From Candidatus Anstonellaceae archaeon (GTDB lineage: Archaea; Micrarchaeota; Micrarchaeia; Anstonellales; Anstonellaceae), in NCBI GenBank assembly GCA_038887295.1, contig JAWAKW010000001.1, forward strand, positions 173,668 through 237,667: DNA of 64,000 nt, read 5' to 3'. The notes under the pieces were generated by a model. That model searched no databases. It saw only the letters and a list, made by a program, of their open reading frames with translations, and had not been told where the DNA came from. A program made the translations under genes and the position numbers. The first letter of the stretch is position 1. Every line of letters starts with the position of its first letter. Shown piece after piece: positions 8,465 through 17,819 of this stretch.

Positions 8465-11035
8465 ATGAATCAAAACACACAACAAAAATCTGTCAATCAT
8501 ATTGATGAATTTAATAGATATGCCAATTGGTGTATGTCCTTTTCTACTAAATATGGCAATTCTTTCAGGAAAGAAGGAGACAATATTGAAATAGTTGATA
8601 ACAGAACTGAAAGCAATAAAATACAGATAACAAAAAAAGAAATCGGAGACTTATTTTATAATTTCAAGCAAGTCAAATATCATTTTGACCAACTTACCAA
8701 ACAAGGTCTAAATAACGAAGAAATCAAGGAGTTATTCTCTACTCTAGAACTATGGAAGTATTTCTTCTTTGGCAACCTACCGTGGGATACTGATCACAAA
8801 GCCAAAGATGTAATTTCCTCATTTCAAAACATGAAAGATCTTTTTATGTATAAAACTTGGGTAACAGAATTCAAAGGTGCAAAAAATGACCAAGACAAAA
8901 TAAATCTTTGGTACAATATCAAAAAGGTTTTCAACTTGGCAGATAAGCATGTGAAGGATAAAAACTCTACTGTTGAATCTCTCTCTAATCAAGTCTATAA
9001 TGATATAATTAAAGATGTTGAGAAAATCAAAAATAGATATTTTAAAGGTCTTGATTTAAACACATTACATAATGAGAAAGAAAAAATCATAGATTCATAT
9101 AATAAATCCGTAATAGCTTCTTCTCCGACAAGCAAAAAGACCAATCAACCAGCACCCTCAAATATAGTGCTAACAGCAGAGCAAATATACAAACAAAATA
9201 AATACCTCCAAGCAGCAGCAACAGTCGATTTCGATAATGCCCCAAATGCAACAAGAAGACTCTTGGTTTCATCAGGTCTTCTTACTGAAGAACAGTTGGA
9301 AAAACCAAATGAGACCATTCAAGCAATATTTACTTCGTTTTATACCATGAAGCTTGTTAGAGAAGAAAACGCTACAAAAAAGACGATACAACTTCTCAAA
9401 TCCATCATGGAAAAGGACGGGGTTGAAATCACCCCGGAAAACATCCTCAAATATCTATGGAACGAACAAGAACAAAGATCAAGGCTTGCCGCAGCGATGG
9501 TAGGCCAGCAAATTGGCAATAAAAAAGTAAGTCAAGGAAATGCAAAGTGGTGGGAAGGCATATTTAAGATAGTCTATGAGCGTTCTGGGGCAACTCAAGT
9601 GCAAGTTCCGACTCTCCAAAGTGAGCATAATGCTCTTCTTCGCCAGGCAGAAGAGCTCATTAACAATGCAACAGACTACCAAAAGCAGCAGCCAGCATTC
9701 CAATCTCTCAACACTATTTACCAGGCAAATAAAGATTTATCTCCAACAGACATTACACAAGAGACAAATAATGCACTCAAGAATGCGATTGAAGAAGCCA
9801 AAAAGGCCCCACTTTCTCCTGAACAGAAGTTAGAGGCCCAGTCTCAGAAGCGACAGCTCAATGTCATTTATTCCTACAACAACGAGTTTGCCAATATAGA
9901 TCATCCATTGGCAAAGCACCTTCACAAAGAGTTACAAAAAGATACAGGCTATTTTTCAATCATAGCATCATCTCTGTACCGAAAGATAGATCAAGAAAGT
10001 ATAGCGGCAGCATCTATAATAGCAGAAGATTATGTAAATGCAGTCAAGTCAAACATTCAATTTTTTGCAAAGTTTTATGACCAGTCAAAGTCTTTCGGAG
10101 AGAACGTAGTTCAATATTACAGAAATCTTCAAGTATTAGATTTGATTTCATTGCTTGGAAAAAGAGTGCCAATTGATAATCAAGGCAATACCGCACTTTA
10201 TACTACCACAAGCTATTTCATTGATATGGGTTATATAAAGAAAGAAGGTGAAAAATTTGTTGCAACAGATGACGCCCCGCAATTGCTTAAAAATATGATG
10301 AAAAGAGGATCTTTGGTAGGAACCGCAGAGCAAATACTAAATCAAGACGCATTTGAGATCCTTGCGCATTTTGGTCTTGCAACTATTGACAAGAAAGGCA
10401 AAGTGAGTCTGGATGAAGCAGCATTAAATAAGCTCTCCAACGAAGAGCAAGAGATACTAAAGAACTTTGTAAATAAGTACAACTCTGACAAAACAGTTGC
10501 AATATACGAAAGTGAGCCAGGCAAGTCTTCGCCCGCAGAAGTTATGGTTAAGCTTGTAAAAAGTTATATTCAACCTTCACCAGAAAATATTACTGAAAGA
10601 AAAGAAACAACAACTACTCAAACGCCTCCCACAAAGAAAGAAGAACAACCAACAACTCCACCACAGCCCACCCCTCAGCCACCCATCACAGGCGAAAAAC
10701 CTGAGAGCACGCAATTACCACCAGAACAGACGAGAATAATAATTGGAGATGCTTGGTTCGAAAGTAACGAAGCCAGCACTTATAGATATAATAATGAATT
10801 CCAAAACATAAGAGGTTTGGAGAAAATACATGAGATACTAAGCAAACAGTGGGGTGAGCTTGTAAATCAAGTCAAACAGAAGCTTGGAAACGATGAAGTT
10901 CTAACTTTGCAAAAAATCCAGAATTTTGTCAATACTGTAATATCTGATGACATGCTAAAATCCTATTCTCAAAGTTATTTAACTAATATAAATTCTCTAT
11001 CTAATTACATTGCAGCTATGGAGATTAGAAAATAG
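8465..11035 (+). CDS. giant ORFan protein 2 (856 aa) with a Thr/Pro/Gln-rich linker
   Basis: GAGGTG Shine-Dalgarno 6 nt upstream of the ATG and a 41-nt gap after gene 1 indicate an operon. The low-complexity TTTTQTPPTKKEEQPTTPPQPTPQPP segment lies near the C-terminus. Confidence 0.75.
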   Translation: MNQNTQQKSVNHIDEFNRYANWCMSFSTKYGNSFRKEGDNIEIVDNRTESNKIQITKKEIGDLFYNFKQVKYHFDQLTKQGLNNEEIKELFSTLELWKYFFFGNLPWDTDHKAKDVISSFQNMKDLFMYKTWVTEFKGAKNDQDKINLWYNIKKVFNLADKHVKDKNSTVESLSNQVYNDIIKDVEKIKNRYFKGLDLNTLHNEKEKIIDSYNKSVIASSPTSKKTNQPAPSNIVLTAEQIYKQNKYLQAAATVDFDNAPNATRRLLVSSGLLTEEQLEKPNETIQAIFTSFYTMKLVREENATKKTIQLLKSIMEKDGVEITPENILKYLWNEQEQRSRLAAAMVGQQIGNKKVSQGNAKWWEGIFKIVYERSGATQVQVPTLQSEHNALLRQAEELINNATDYQKQQPAFQSLNTIYQANKDLSPTDITQETNNALKNAIEEAKKAPLSPEQKLEAQSQKRQLNVIYSYNNEFANIDHPLAKHLHKELQKDTGYFSIIASSLYRKIDQESIAAASIIAEDYVNAVKSNIQFFAKFYDQSKSFGENVVQYYRNLQVLDLISLLGKRVPIDNQGNTALYTTTSYFIDMGYIKKEGEKFVATDDAPQLLKNMMKRGSLVGTAEQILNQDAFEILAHFGLATIDKKGKVSLDEAALNKLSNEEQEILKNFVNKYNSDKTVAIYESEPGKSSPAEVMVKLVKSYIQPSPENITERKETTTTQTPPTKKEEQPTTPPQPTPQPPITGEKPESTQLPPEQTRIIIGDAWFESNEASTYRYNNEFQNIRGLEKIHEILSKQWGELVNQVKQKLGNDEVLTLQKIQNFVNTVISDDMLKSYSQSYLTNINSLSNYIAAMEIRK

Positions 11036-11104
11036 CGCATACATCCTAAAGAAATCTCGTGGAATTGATTAGCTTTATATTAATATTATATATAATTTAT
11101 AAAC

Positions 11105-13384
11105 ATGAATCAATACAAGCTAATCCAATCCAAAAATGAAACCATAAAGGATATTTTAGAAGGTATCAAAGATAAAAAAACCAAAGACGATGTCAAAAAT
11201 GTAATCAACAATATCAAAGATGATTACAAATATCTAAAAGATTTCCTTGTAGGTGTTTATCATCTCCAAAACTTTAATAGTATAATCCTATCCCTCATCA
11301 AGCTTTATGATAAAGATCCAAATAATTTTCGACAAAATATCGAGTATCTCCACTCAGTTTTGCTGCAAAAGGATATAAACAAATTTAGTGAAGAGTTAAG
11401 CTCTTTAACAACAAGCACCACTCAGATTTTAACAACAAGCAGCACTCAGATACCGCTGCCAAAGTCCGCTTCAAATTGGTATCTGATTGGTATGTCCCTT
11501 TTCTCTGACAAACCATTTTCTCCACGGTATTCTCCCATGCCACACAAACCTTCCAGAATATGGACACCTTTCGATCAGAGGATGCAACAGATTATGTACG
11601 GAGATTTAAATCAATCCTTCATCCAAGAATATAATGTTCAAGCATGGCCCTTCCAACTTGATTTTCCAGAGCGATATCTAAATCTTTTTAGACCTACTCG
11701 TGTGAGATATCCATTTTTAGTTACTGGATATTTCACGGGAGGAAGTCTCGTGAATCTTAATTTTAACTCAGGTAATATTGATACATTTTCTCTTATAGAT
11801 ACTGCTCACTTAGTCACAGGAGTGAATGTTCTCAAAAATAAATTAATCATAAATCAAGCAGCCATAGCCTTTAAAATGCTTCAAGGAACAACTTCTCTAT
11901 CACGTATTGAAAGGCACACGGATTTATCATCTAAACTGGATCTGCTTTTTAGGAATGGGGAAAAAACTACAGGTCAAATGCTTGTATTCCTTGAAAATAA
12001 ACGTTATGGCATACTCCAAGGCTACTATTACGACGGCAAAAGCTGGTTTGCATCAGATTTGGTCATGAGAGATGGAAAAATCATCTCTGGTGGAACAGCC
12101 CAAGGCGTTCTTCAGGGAGATTCTTTGGCAGGTTTATTTAATTACAATAAGCTAGGTGAGAATGACACTTTCTACGTAGTGCTTTACTCTAATTCTTTGG
12201 GGGCAGGTGTTGAAGCACAACAAAACACCAACCAAAAGCTAATCTCTTTCTTGAAGAATCTGGACGATTTTTCAGTTGAAGTCGGAGTCTTCTCTTTAGA
12301 GAGAGGCTATTTCGGTCAAGATGTTGATAAAGCTCAAGGTGGTATAATTGGGTTTGGCAACCAAAACTTTCATGTTTCTACATTTGTCGGTTCAGAGCAT
12401 TCTGAAGTTAATATACTTGGACTTGCAGCTGCTGCACAACGCACTGCAGCATCATTTTTCATAAGAAAAAATGAGGAAGGGGATATCACTCACGGAAATA
12501 TCAACCTTTCTACTTCTAAAAAGATAGGAAATACCACAATAACTTTTTCATCAAGAGTGAAAGGCTCTAAAAGAAGCACAGAGGGCCAAGGAGCTATCGA
12601 GGTTAGAATAGGAGAGGACGCAGATGCAACTATCATCAGATTTGGTTATGATGGTATCAGTCAGGTCGATTTCTTCAAGCGGTCTGCAAACTTCTTTAAT
12701 AGCCAAAATATAACAGACACAAGAAGCCTCATCAACGCAATCAATGCTCTTCTTTTAGTTACGCCCCTCGAAAACTTTCCTTATCCCTTAGCACAAGTGG
12801 AAATTGAAAAGGATGGAGGAAGAATCACATTATCCAAGTTAAAAGAAGGAGGAAGCGGATTCTCCTACGAAATAAAAGATTTTATGGGCATGAAAAAAGC
12901 ATTTTCCTCATTAGCTTTGACACCAAAGGGCAAAATCCTTAATTTAGGGTTTGATGTTGACCATAATAATCAACTAGTATTGCAAGTAGGCAACAAGAAT
13001 GTTGCTCTTGGCACCAGAGTAAAAATCGGAGAAGGTAAAATAGTCGGATCGGCTGGATGGGAACAAGGTTCTTTTAAGACCACTTTTGGATATAGTGAGA
13101 AATTAGGAGATACATCTGTTGAATCGGCTATGGTTACAGGTAAAAGTCCACAAGGTAACTATTGGGGGGGCCAGCTTAATATTTCTTATAAGATTGATGA
13201 TAATGTAAATCTTGGAGGTTCTGTTGGAGTTCTAAAGTTCAATAATATCACATACTTTTCAGCTGGCAGCAACTTTAAGATCAAGAATGACTGGGGGGAA
13301 TTCCAAGCGGGATTTGTCTTTATGTTCTCGAAAATTTCACCCCTCAACTATTTCTTCTCTATCAATTATGGCTCTAGAAAATAG
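11105..13384 (+). CDS. giant ORFan protein 3 (759 aa) with a beta-rich, beta-barrel-like C-terminal half
   Basis: The C-terminal roughly 400 aa show alternating hydrophobic/Gly-Ser-Asn-Thr patterning (GSVGVLKFNNITYFSAGSNFKIKNDWGEFQAGFVFMF). An AT-rich TATA-like stretch lies immediately upstream. Confidence 0.75.
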   Translation: MNQYKLIQSKNETIKDILEGIKDKKTKDDVKNVINNIKDDYKYLKDFLVGVYHLQNFNSIILSLIKLYDKDPNNFRQNIEYLHSVLLQKDINKFSEELSSLTTSTTQILTTSSTQIPLPKSASNWYLIGMSLFSDKPFSPRYSPMPHKPSRIWTPFDQRMQQIMYGDLNQSFIQEYNVQAWPFQLDFPERYLNLFRPTRVRYPFLVTGYFTGGSLVNLNFNSGNIDTFSLIDTAHLVTGVNVLKNKLIINQAAIAFKMLQGTTSLSRIERHTDLSSKLDLLFRNGEKTTGQMLVFLENKRYGILQGYYYDGKSWFASDLVMRDGKIISGGTAQGVLQGDSLAGLFNYNKLGENDTFYVVLYSNSLGAGVEAQQNTNQKLISFLKNLDDFSVEVGVFSLERGYFGQDVDKAQGGIIGFGNQNFHVSTFVGSEHSEVNILGLAAAAQRTAASFFIRKNEEGDITHGNINLSTSKKIGNTTITFSSRVKGSKRSTEGQGAIEVRIGEDADATIIRFGYDGISQVDFFKRSANFFNSQNITDTRSLINAINALLLVTPLENFPYPLAQVEIEKDGGRITLSKLKEGGSGFSYEIKDFMGMKKAFSSLALTPKGKILNLGFDVDHNNQLVLQVGNKNVALGTRVKIGEGKIVGSAGWEQGSFKTTFGYSEKLGDTSVESAMVTGKSPQGNYWGGQLNISYKIDDNVNLGGSVGVLKFNNITYFSAGSNFKIKNDWGEFQAGFVFMFSKISPLNYFFSINYGSRK

Positions 13385-13405
13385 AATTGATTGTTCTTCT
13401 AAAAA

Positions 13406-13477
13406 TGGACCCGGGGGGATTCGAACCCCCGGCCTCCTGCTTGCAAAGCAGGCGCGCTACCACTGCGCCACAGGCCC
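13406..13477 (-). tRNA. tRNA-Ala(TGC)
   Basis: Manual fold gives acceptor GGGCCTG/CGGGTCC with the G3:U70 Ala identity pair, D-arm GCGC-AGTGGTA-GCGC, anticodon loop TTTGCAA and T-loop TTCGAAT. Total length is 72 nt and a T5 tract follows. Confidence 0.85.
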
Positions 13478-13536
13478 ACGCCAACGCTTGTTTTTTTCAA
13501 GGAAGCATTTTTATATCGAACTGCCAAACTTAACGC

Positions 13537-13872
13537 ATGGGCCTGCTTGAGCTAATCAAGAATATGCTTAAGCCTAAGTCCCCACTTGCTTCTCAGAAGG
13601 CAAAATGCCCAAAATGCTCTGCCCAGCTTGAGCTTGGCGCAGAGCGCTGCCCTTCATGCGGAACTCATGTAGAATCGATGTTTGCTATTTCCTGCCCGAA
13701 ATGCAAGGAGCAAAATCCACTTAGGGCAGAAAAATGCTCCAAATGTGGTTTTTCGTTTGTCCAGCAACAGGTAGGAACCGGGAAAGTGATTTATATCTGC
13801 CCAATTTGCGGATACCGCGCCGATTATTTCATGCTCTCATGCCCATCTTGCGGAGTAAAATTTGTAAGCTAA
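13537..13872 (+). CDS. multi-zinc-ribbon protein
   Basis: Four CxxC...CxxC pairs (CPKCSA..CPSCG, CPKCKE..CSKCG, CPICG..CPSCG). Confidence 0.55.
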   Translation: MGLLELIKNMLKPKSPLASQKAKCPKCSAQLELGAERCPSCGTHVESMFAISCPKCKEQNPLRAEKCSKCGFSFVQQQVGTGKVIYICPICGYRADYFMLSCPSCGVKFVS

Positions 13873-14273
13873 TCTGTAAGCCTAAATTTGTAGCCGTAGT
13901 GTATAAGACCTTCTTCAGAATCTTCAATTATTCTTCTGAATACCATTTCAACTTTATCGCCTATACTGACTTTTTTTGCTCCTACAATTTGGGCAGTGAG
14001 CCGCGGTCCCTCATCAAGCTCTACAATTGCCAAAATATAGGGCACTTGCTTTTCAAATCCAGCAGGCCCGGCGGTCACCTCCGTAAAGGAATATATTTTG
14101 CCTTTGCCTGAAAATTGCCTGCTTTCTATTTTTCCTTTCCTGCGGCACTTTGGGCAAAGCTTTCTTGCAGGAAAGTAGCTGGTTTGACAATTTCGACAAT
14201 ATGTACCAACCAGCCTATATCTTTCTGGTATCCTTCTCCAAGTTATTGCAAGGTTTTCAGATGGCAAGTTCAT
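13869..14273 (-). CDS. DUF35 OB-fold/Zn-ribbon protein, the thiolase/HMG-CoA synthase partner
   Basis: CxxC..CxxC ribbon (CRNCQ...CPKCRRKG) and position downstream of the thiolase form the archaeal DUF35-thiolase-HMGCS trio. Confidence 0.75.
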   Translation of the reverse strand: MNLPSENLAITWRRIPERYRLVGTYCRNCQTSYFPARKLCPKCRRKGKIESRQFSGKGKIYSFTEVTAGPAGFEKQVPYILAIVELDEGPRLTAQIVGAKKVSIGDKVEMVFRRIIEDSEEGLIHYGYKFRLTD

Positions 14274-14278
14274 CCCCC

Positions 14279-15439
14279 CTAAACTTTCCTGAATATATGC
14301 ACCACCGCAGTAGCTCCAGAGCCGCCTACATTATGAGTCATGCCAATTTCACAGTCTTTTACCTGCCTGCCTTCTGCCTTTCCACGAAGCTGCCAGACAA
14401 TTTCCACAGCTTGCTTTACCCCAGTTGCGCCAACCGGGTGGCCACAACCTTTCAGCCCTCCAGAGGTGTTTACTGAAATTTCTGCATTAAGTGCAGTTTT
14501 TCCCTCCTCTGATGCCTTCCCGCCTTCACCCTTTGGGAAAAAGCCCAGATCCTCTATTGCCATAATTTCAGCAATCGTAAAGCAGTCATGAACTTCTACA
14601 ACATCAATGTCTTTTGGGGAGAGTCCGGCTTGCTGATAAGCTTTTTTTGCTGCAATTTTCGTGCTTTTTAGCTCAGTCATGTTTTCCCTTGAGTGAAGTG
14701 CAAGCACATCCGAGGCCTGTGCAGATGCGACTATTTCAATCGGCTGCTCACAGTAGCGCTTTGCCTTTTCAAGCGGCATCAGAATTGCTGCTGCAGCGCC
14801 ATCTGTAATTGGCGAGCAGTCAAAAAGCTTCAGCGGAGATGCAATGTATTTACTTTTCATCACAGTTTCCACAGTTATCTCATTTTGGAAATGAGCATAC
14901 TTGTTTTTGGCGGCGTTTGCATGGTTTTTAACTGCAACTGAAGCCATCTGCTCTTCTGTTGTGCCGTACTGGTGCATGTGCCTTCGTGCCATAAGAGCAT
15001 AAATTGCAGGAAAAGTTGCTCCCATAAAAAGCTCCCATTCTTGGTCACCTGCTCCACCAAGTGCAGAGGCAACTTCATTGCCAGGGGTGTCAGTCATCTT
15101 CTCCACCCCACCAACCACTACGCAATCATGCATGCCAGAGGCAACTGCCAAGTATCCTGTCCGCAGTGCAACCCCCCCAGAGGCGCAAGCCGCCTCCACT
15201 CTGGTAGATGGGATGGGAGTAAGACCCATAAAGTCTGCCACCAATGCACCTACATGCTCCTGCCCAACCAGTGAACCAGGGGCCATGGTCCCAATATAAA
15301 GTGCGTCAATCTCTTCCCCATGAAGATTGGCATCCTCTACCGCTCTTACTCCTGCTTCAATTATCATATCTCTAAATCCACGTGTCCATTCTTCCCCGAA
15401 TTTACTCATCCCTACGCCAACTATTGCAACTCTTCTCAT
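14279..15439 (-). CDS. acetyl-CoA acetyltransferase (archaeal thiolase)
   Basis: Thiolase-fold motifs (ACASGG-like EAACASGGVA, CSPITDGAAA, GHPVGATG). Confidence 0.85.
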   Translation of the reverse strand: MRRVAIVGVGMSKFGEEWTRGFRDMIIEAGVRAVEDANLHGEEIDALYIGTMAPGSLVGQEHVGALVADFMGLTPIPSTRVEAACASGGVALRTGYLAVASGMHDCVVVGGVEKMTDTPGNEVASALGGAGDQEWELFMGATFPAIYALMARRHMHQYGTTEEQMASVAVKNHANAAKNKYAHFQNEITVETVMKSKYIASPLKLFDCSPITDGAAAAILMPLEKAKRYCEQPIEIVASAQASDVLALHSRENMTELKSTKIAAKKAYQQAGLSPKDIDVVEVHDCFTIAEIMAIEDLGFFPKGEGGKASEEGKTALNAEISVNTSGGLKGCGHPVGATGVKQAVEIVWQLRGKAEGRQVKDCEIGMTHNVGGSGATAVVHIFRKV

Positions 15440-15443
15440 ACAA

Positions 15444-16499
15444 TCACATTTTCAGCTTGCCCCTATTCTTTACATAAATTGCATAATCCACATACTCTTT
15501 GTCATTTATGTAGTCTTGTAGGCGCCTTCCTTTGTACGCTTCCCTTTTCTGCAGAAGTACATCAGTTACCCGAATAGCAAAGGCATCTGAGCCTGCACCT
15601 GAGCCAAAAGAAGTCAGAAGAATTCTCTGCTCAGGCTTTGCAATATCCAACACACCGCAAAGCCCAATCAAAGAAGCGCCAGAATACGTGTTGCCAATTA
15701 TCGGAGTGAAAAGCCCTGGCTTGACTTTTTCTGGGTCAATTCCCATCTTTTTTGCCGCCTCAATTGGGAATTTGCCGTTTGGCTGGTGAAATACGAAATA
15801 ATCATAGTCTGCAGCCCGCGTCCCGGTTTTTTCAAAAAGCGCCTGCGTAGCCCCCATCACATGCCTAAAGTAAGCAGGCGCACCGGTGAACCTGCCCCCA
15901 TGAGAAGGGTAGTGCGCATGCTGCTTCCTCCAAAAATCAGGGGTATCAGTGGTAAATGAGCACGTAGCCTCAATTTCTGCAACAATCTCCTCCTTTTGTT
16001 GCCCAATCAGGAACGCGGCTGCCCCTGCAGAGGCAGTGTATTCCAGCGCATCGCCAGGTCTTCCTTGTGCTGTATCCGAGCCAATCGCAAGCCCGTATCG
16101 TATCATCCCTGCGCCCACCATGCCCATGCACATCTGAATGCCAGCGGTCCCTGCCTTGCAGGCAAACTCCAAATCCGCTGCGGTAAGGTTGGGGGTTGCG
16201 CCTATGGCTTCTGCCACAATAGTTGCAGTCGGCTTGACCGCATAAGGGTGAGATTCAGAACCAACATATACCGCGCCAATGGCTTCAGGATCCAGTTTTG
16301 CAAAAGCAATTGCATTTCTTGCAGCCTCCACTGCAAGGGTGGCAGCATCCTCGTCTATAGCTGGAACTGATTTTTCCATCACCCCAAGACCCTTGGTTAT
16401 CCGCTCTCCCTCTTCTCCCCATACACGGGCTATCTCTTCAGTCTTTATTCTGTATTTTGGAACATATGCACCATATCCTACTATTCCAACTGATTGCAT
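15444..16499 (-). CDS. hydroxymethylglutaryl-CoA synthase (archaeal type)
   Basis: The N-terminus [15 protein letters not shown] and the length are typical; it is coupled to the thiolase by a 5-nt gap. Confidence 0.85.
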   Translation of the reverse strand: MQSVGIVGYGAYVPKYRIKTEEIARVWGEEGERITKGLGVMEKSVPAIDEDAATLAVEAARNAIAFAKLDPEAIGAVYVGSESHPYAVKPTATIVAEAIGATPNLTAADLEFACKAGTAGIQMCMGMVGAGMIRYGLAIGSDTAQGRPGDALEYTASAGAAAFLIGQQKEEIVAEIEATCSFTTDTPDFWRKQHAHYPSHGGRFTGAPAYFRHVMGATQALFEKTGTRAADYDYFVFHQPNGKFPIEAAKKMGIDPEKVKPGLFTPIIGNTYSGASLIGLCGVLDIAKPEQRILLTSFGSGAGSDAFAIRVTDVLLQKREAYKGRRLQDYINDKEYVDYAIYVKNRGKLKM

Positions 16500-16507
16500 G
16501 GTTTCAC

Positions 16508-17191
16508 CTAAATTTTGTTGAGCACTTCCTTTATTTTCGGAACCTCCATTGAAGTGATTATTACAGGTATCTGCTCTCGCTCTGCTATCTTTATTGCAAG
16601 TGGGTCAACCTCCTTTATCCCGTGGAGGACCACCACCGAAGGCTTCATGGGAGTCACCCTAATCACCACCATCGGGCTCCTCCCTGTGGAAACCTGGGTA
16701 AATATAAATGCCCTCTCTGACATTGTCCCATAAAGCTTTGGAAATTGGCTGTAGGGCATCTCCAAAATTATCTTCAAACTCTCCATCAAGGTGTATCCAT
16801 AAAGCTTTTTGACCTTCATCAGCTCCTCGTTTGCCACCACGCTTCCGCCTATCAGCTTTTGGAAATCAATTGCAGAGATGCTAGTTGCAAATTCATGAAG
16901 CTCAAAATACTGATCGGTTTTGTCTGCCCCCTGAAGCAGCTTGGACAATATAGGGCTTCCGCGCTCCAAATCGATTTGGATAAGCGCATTTACGAATCTT
17001 TTTATTACCCCTGAGCCAGGCGACTTGCGCCGGTTTCCTTCATAGTCGCTTATAGTCGAAGGTGAAATTTTCAGCACAGAAGCAAGCTCTGCTTGGGTAA
17101 TTGCAAATATCTCTCTCCATTTTTTCATGGTGGAGCCGGGTGTAGGACTGAGAGTTATTTCCCCTGCTATCTCGTTTTTGAGTTTTTCCAT
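16508..17191 (-). CDS. HTH (XRE-like) transcriptional regulator with a C-terminal ligand-binding-like domain
   Basis: N-terminal HTH ([21 protein letters not shown]); archaeal COG3620-like architecture. Confidence 0.5.
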   Translation of the reverse strand: MEKLKNEIAGEITLSPTPGSTMKKWREIFAITQAELASVLKISPSTISDYEGNRRKSPGSGVIKRFVNALIQIDLERGSPILSKLLQGADKTDQYFELHEFATSISAIDFQKLIGGSVVANEELMKVKKLYGYTLMESLKIILEMPYSQFPKLYGTMSERAFIFTQVSTGRSPMVVIRVTPMKPSVVVLHGIKEVDPLAIKIAEREQIPVIITSMEVPKIKEVLNKI

Positions 17192-17293
17192 TAGTTGCCT
17201 TTTTCATTCAAAGCATTTTAAATATTATCGAATTTGAATTTGGCATTTGTCGTATAAAATGGTTTTAAATCCTACCTTCATTCTCCTTACTTT

Positions 17294-17812
17294 ATGGTGC
17301 TTTCCAATCAAGATATCAAAGCTGAAATAAAAAGAGGGCGGCTTAAGTTTTTTCCTCAGATTTCTGAAGATCAAATAGGTCCTTCTTCAGTGGATCTGAC
17401 TTTGTCAGGCACCTTTTGGGTGTTTAAAGGCAAATATTTAGGCAAAACCTTGGACCTTTCAAAAGTTGGGTTTCAGCAAGCAATTCAAAAGCACAAAGGC
17501 AATTCCATAACCCTTGCCCCAGGCCAGATGTGCCTTGGGATAACGAAAGAGCGAATTAGCATGCCAAACGATCTCATTGGGACTCTGGAAGGAAGAAGCA
17601 GATATGCAAGAATGGGGCTTGCAGTGCATGTTACCTCTGCGCTGGTGCACCCGGGCTCCAACAACCACCAGGTCCTTGAAATAGTCAATTTTGCTCCATT
17701 TGCAGTAACCATAAAAGAAGGCATGAGAATCAGCCAGGTAGTGTTTGAAAGACTGGAAACACCAACCTCAATGCCTTATTCAAAATACGGAAAAGTTGCA
17801 AGAAAGCAGTAA
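17294..17812 (+). CDS. dcd: dCTP deaminase / dUTPase-family protein
   Basis: MVLSNQDIK... N-terminus and the SVDLTLSG motif; 172 aa. Confidence 0.7.
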   Translation: MVLSNQDIKAEIKRGRLKFFPQISEDQIGPSSVDLTLSGTFWVFKGKYLGKTLDLSKVGFQQAIQKHKGNSITLAPGQMCLGITKERISMPNDLIGTLEGRSRYARMGLAVHVTSALVHPGSNNHQVLEIVNFAPFAVTIKEGMRISQVVFERLETPTSMPYSKYGKVARKQ

Positions 17813-17819
17813 ATCTAAA

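Larger units (their letters stand above)
4340..13385. other. AT-rich, compositionally atypical genomic island; putative horizontally acquired element carrying three giant ORFan genes next to tRNA-Ala
   Basis: GC falls from about 50-55% in the flanks to about 35-38% on sampled lines. All three large genes are co-directional and N/K/I-rich, and the right edge lies 21 bp from the 3' end of tRNA-Ala. Confidence 0.7.

Noticed and set aside
4340-13405. The island as a classic tRNA-integrated element with integrase and att repeats
   Set aside because: I searched the island and its left border for a copy of the tRNA-Ala 3' end (GGATTCGAACC...) and for a tyrosine-recombinase-like ORF, and found neither. 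It is therefore reported as an atypical island, not a confirmed integrative element.
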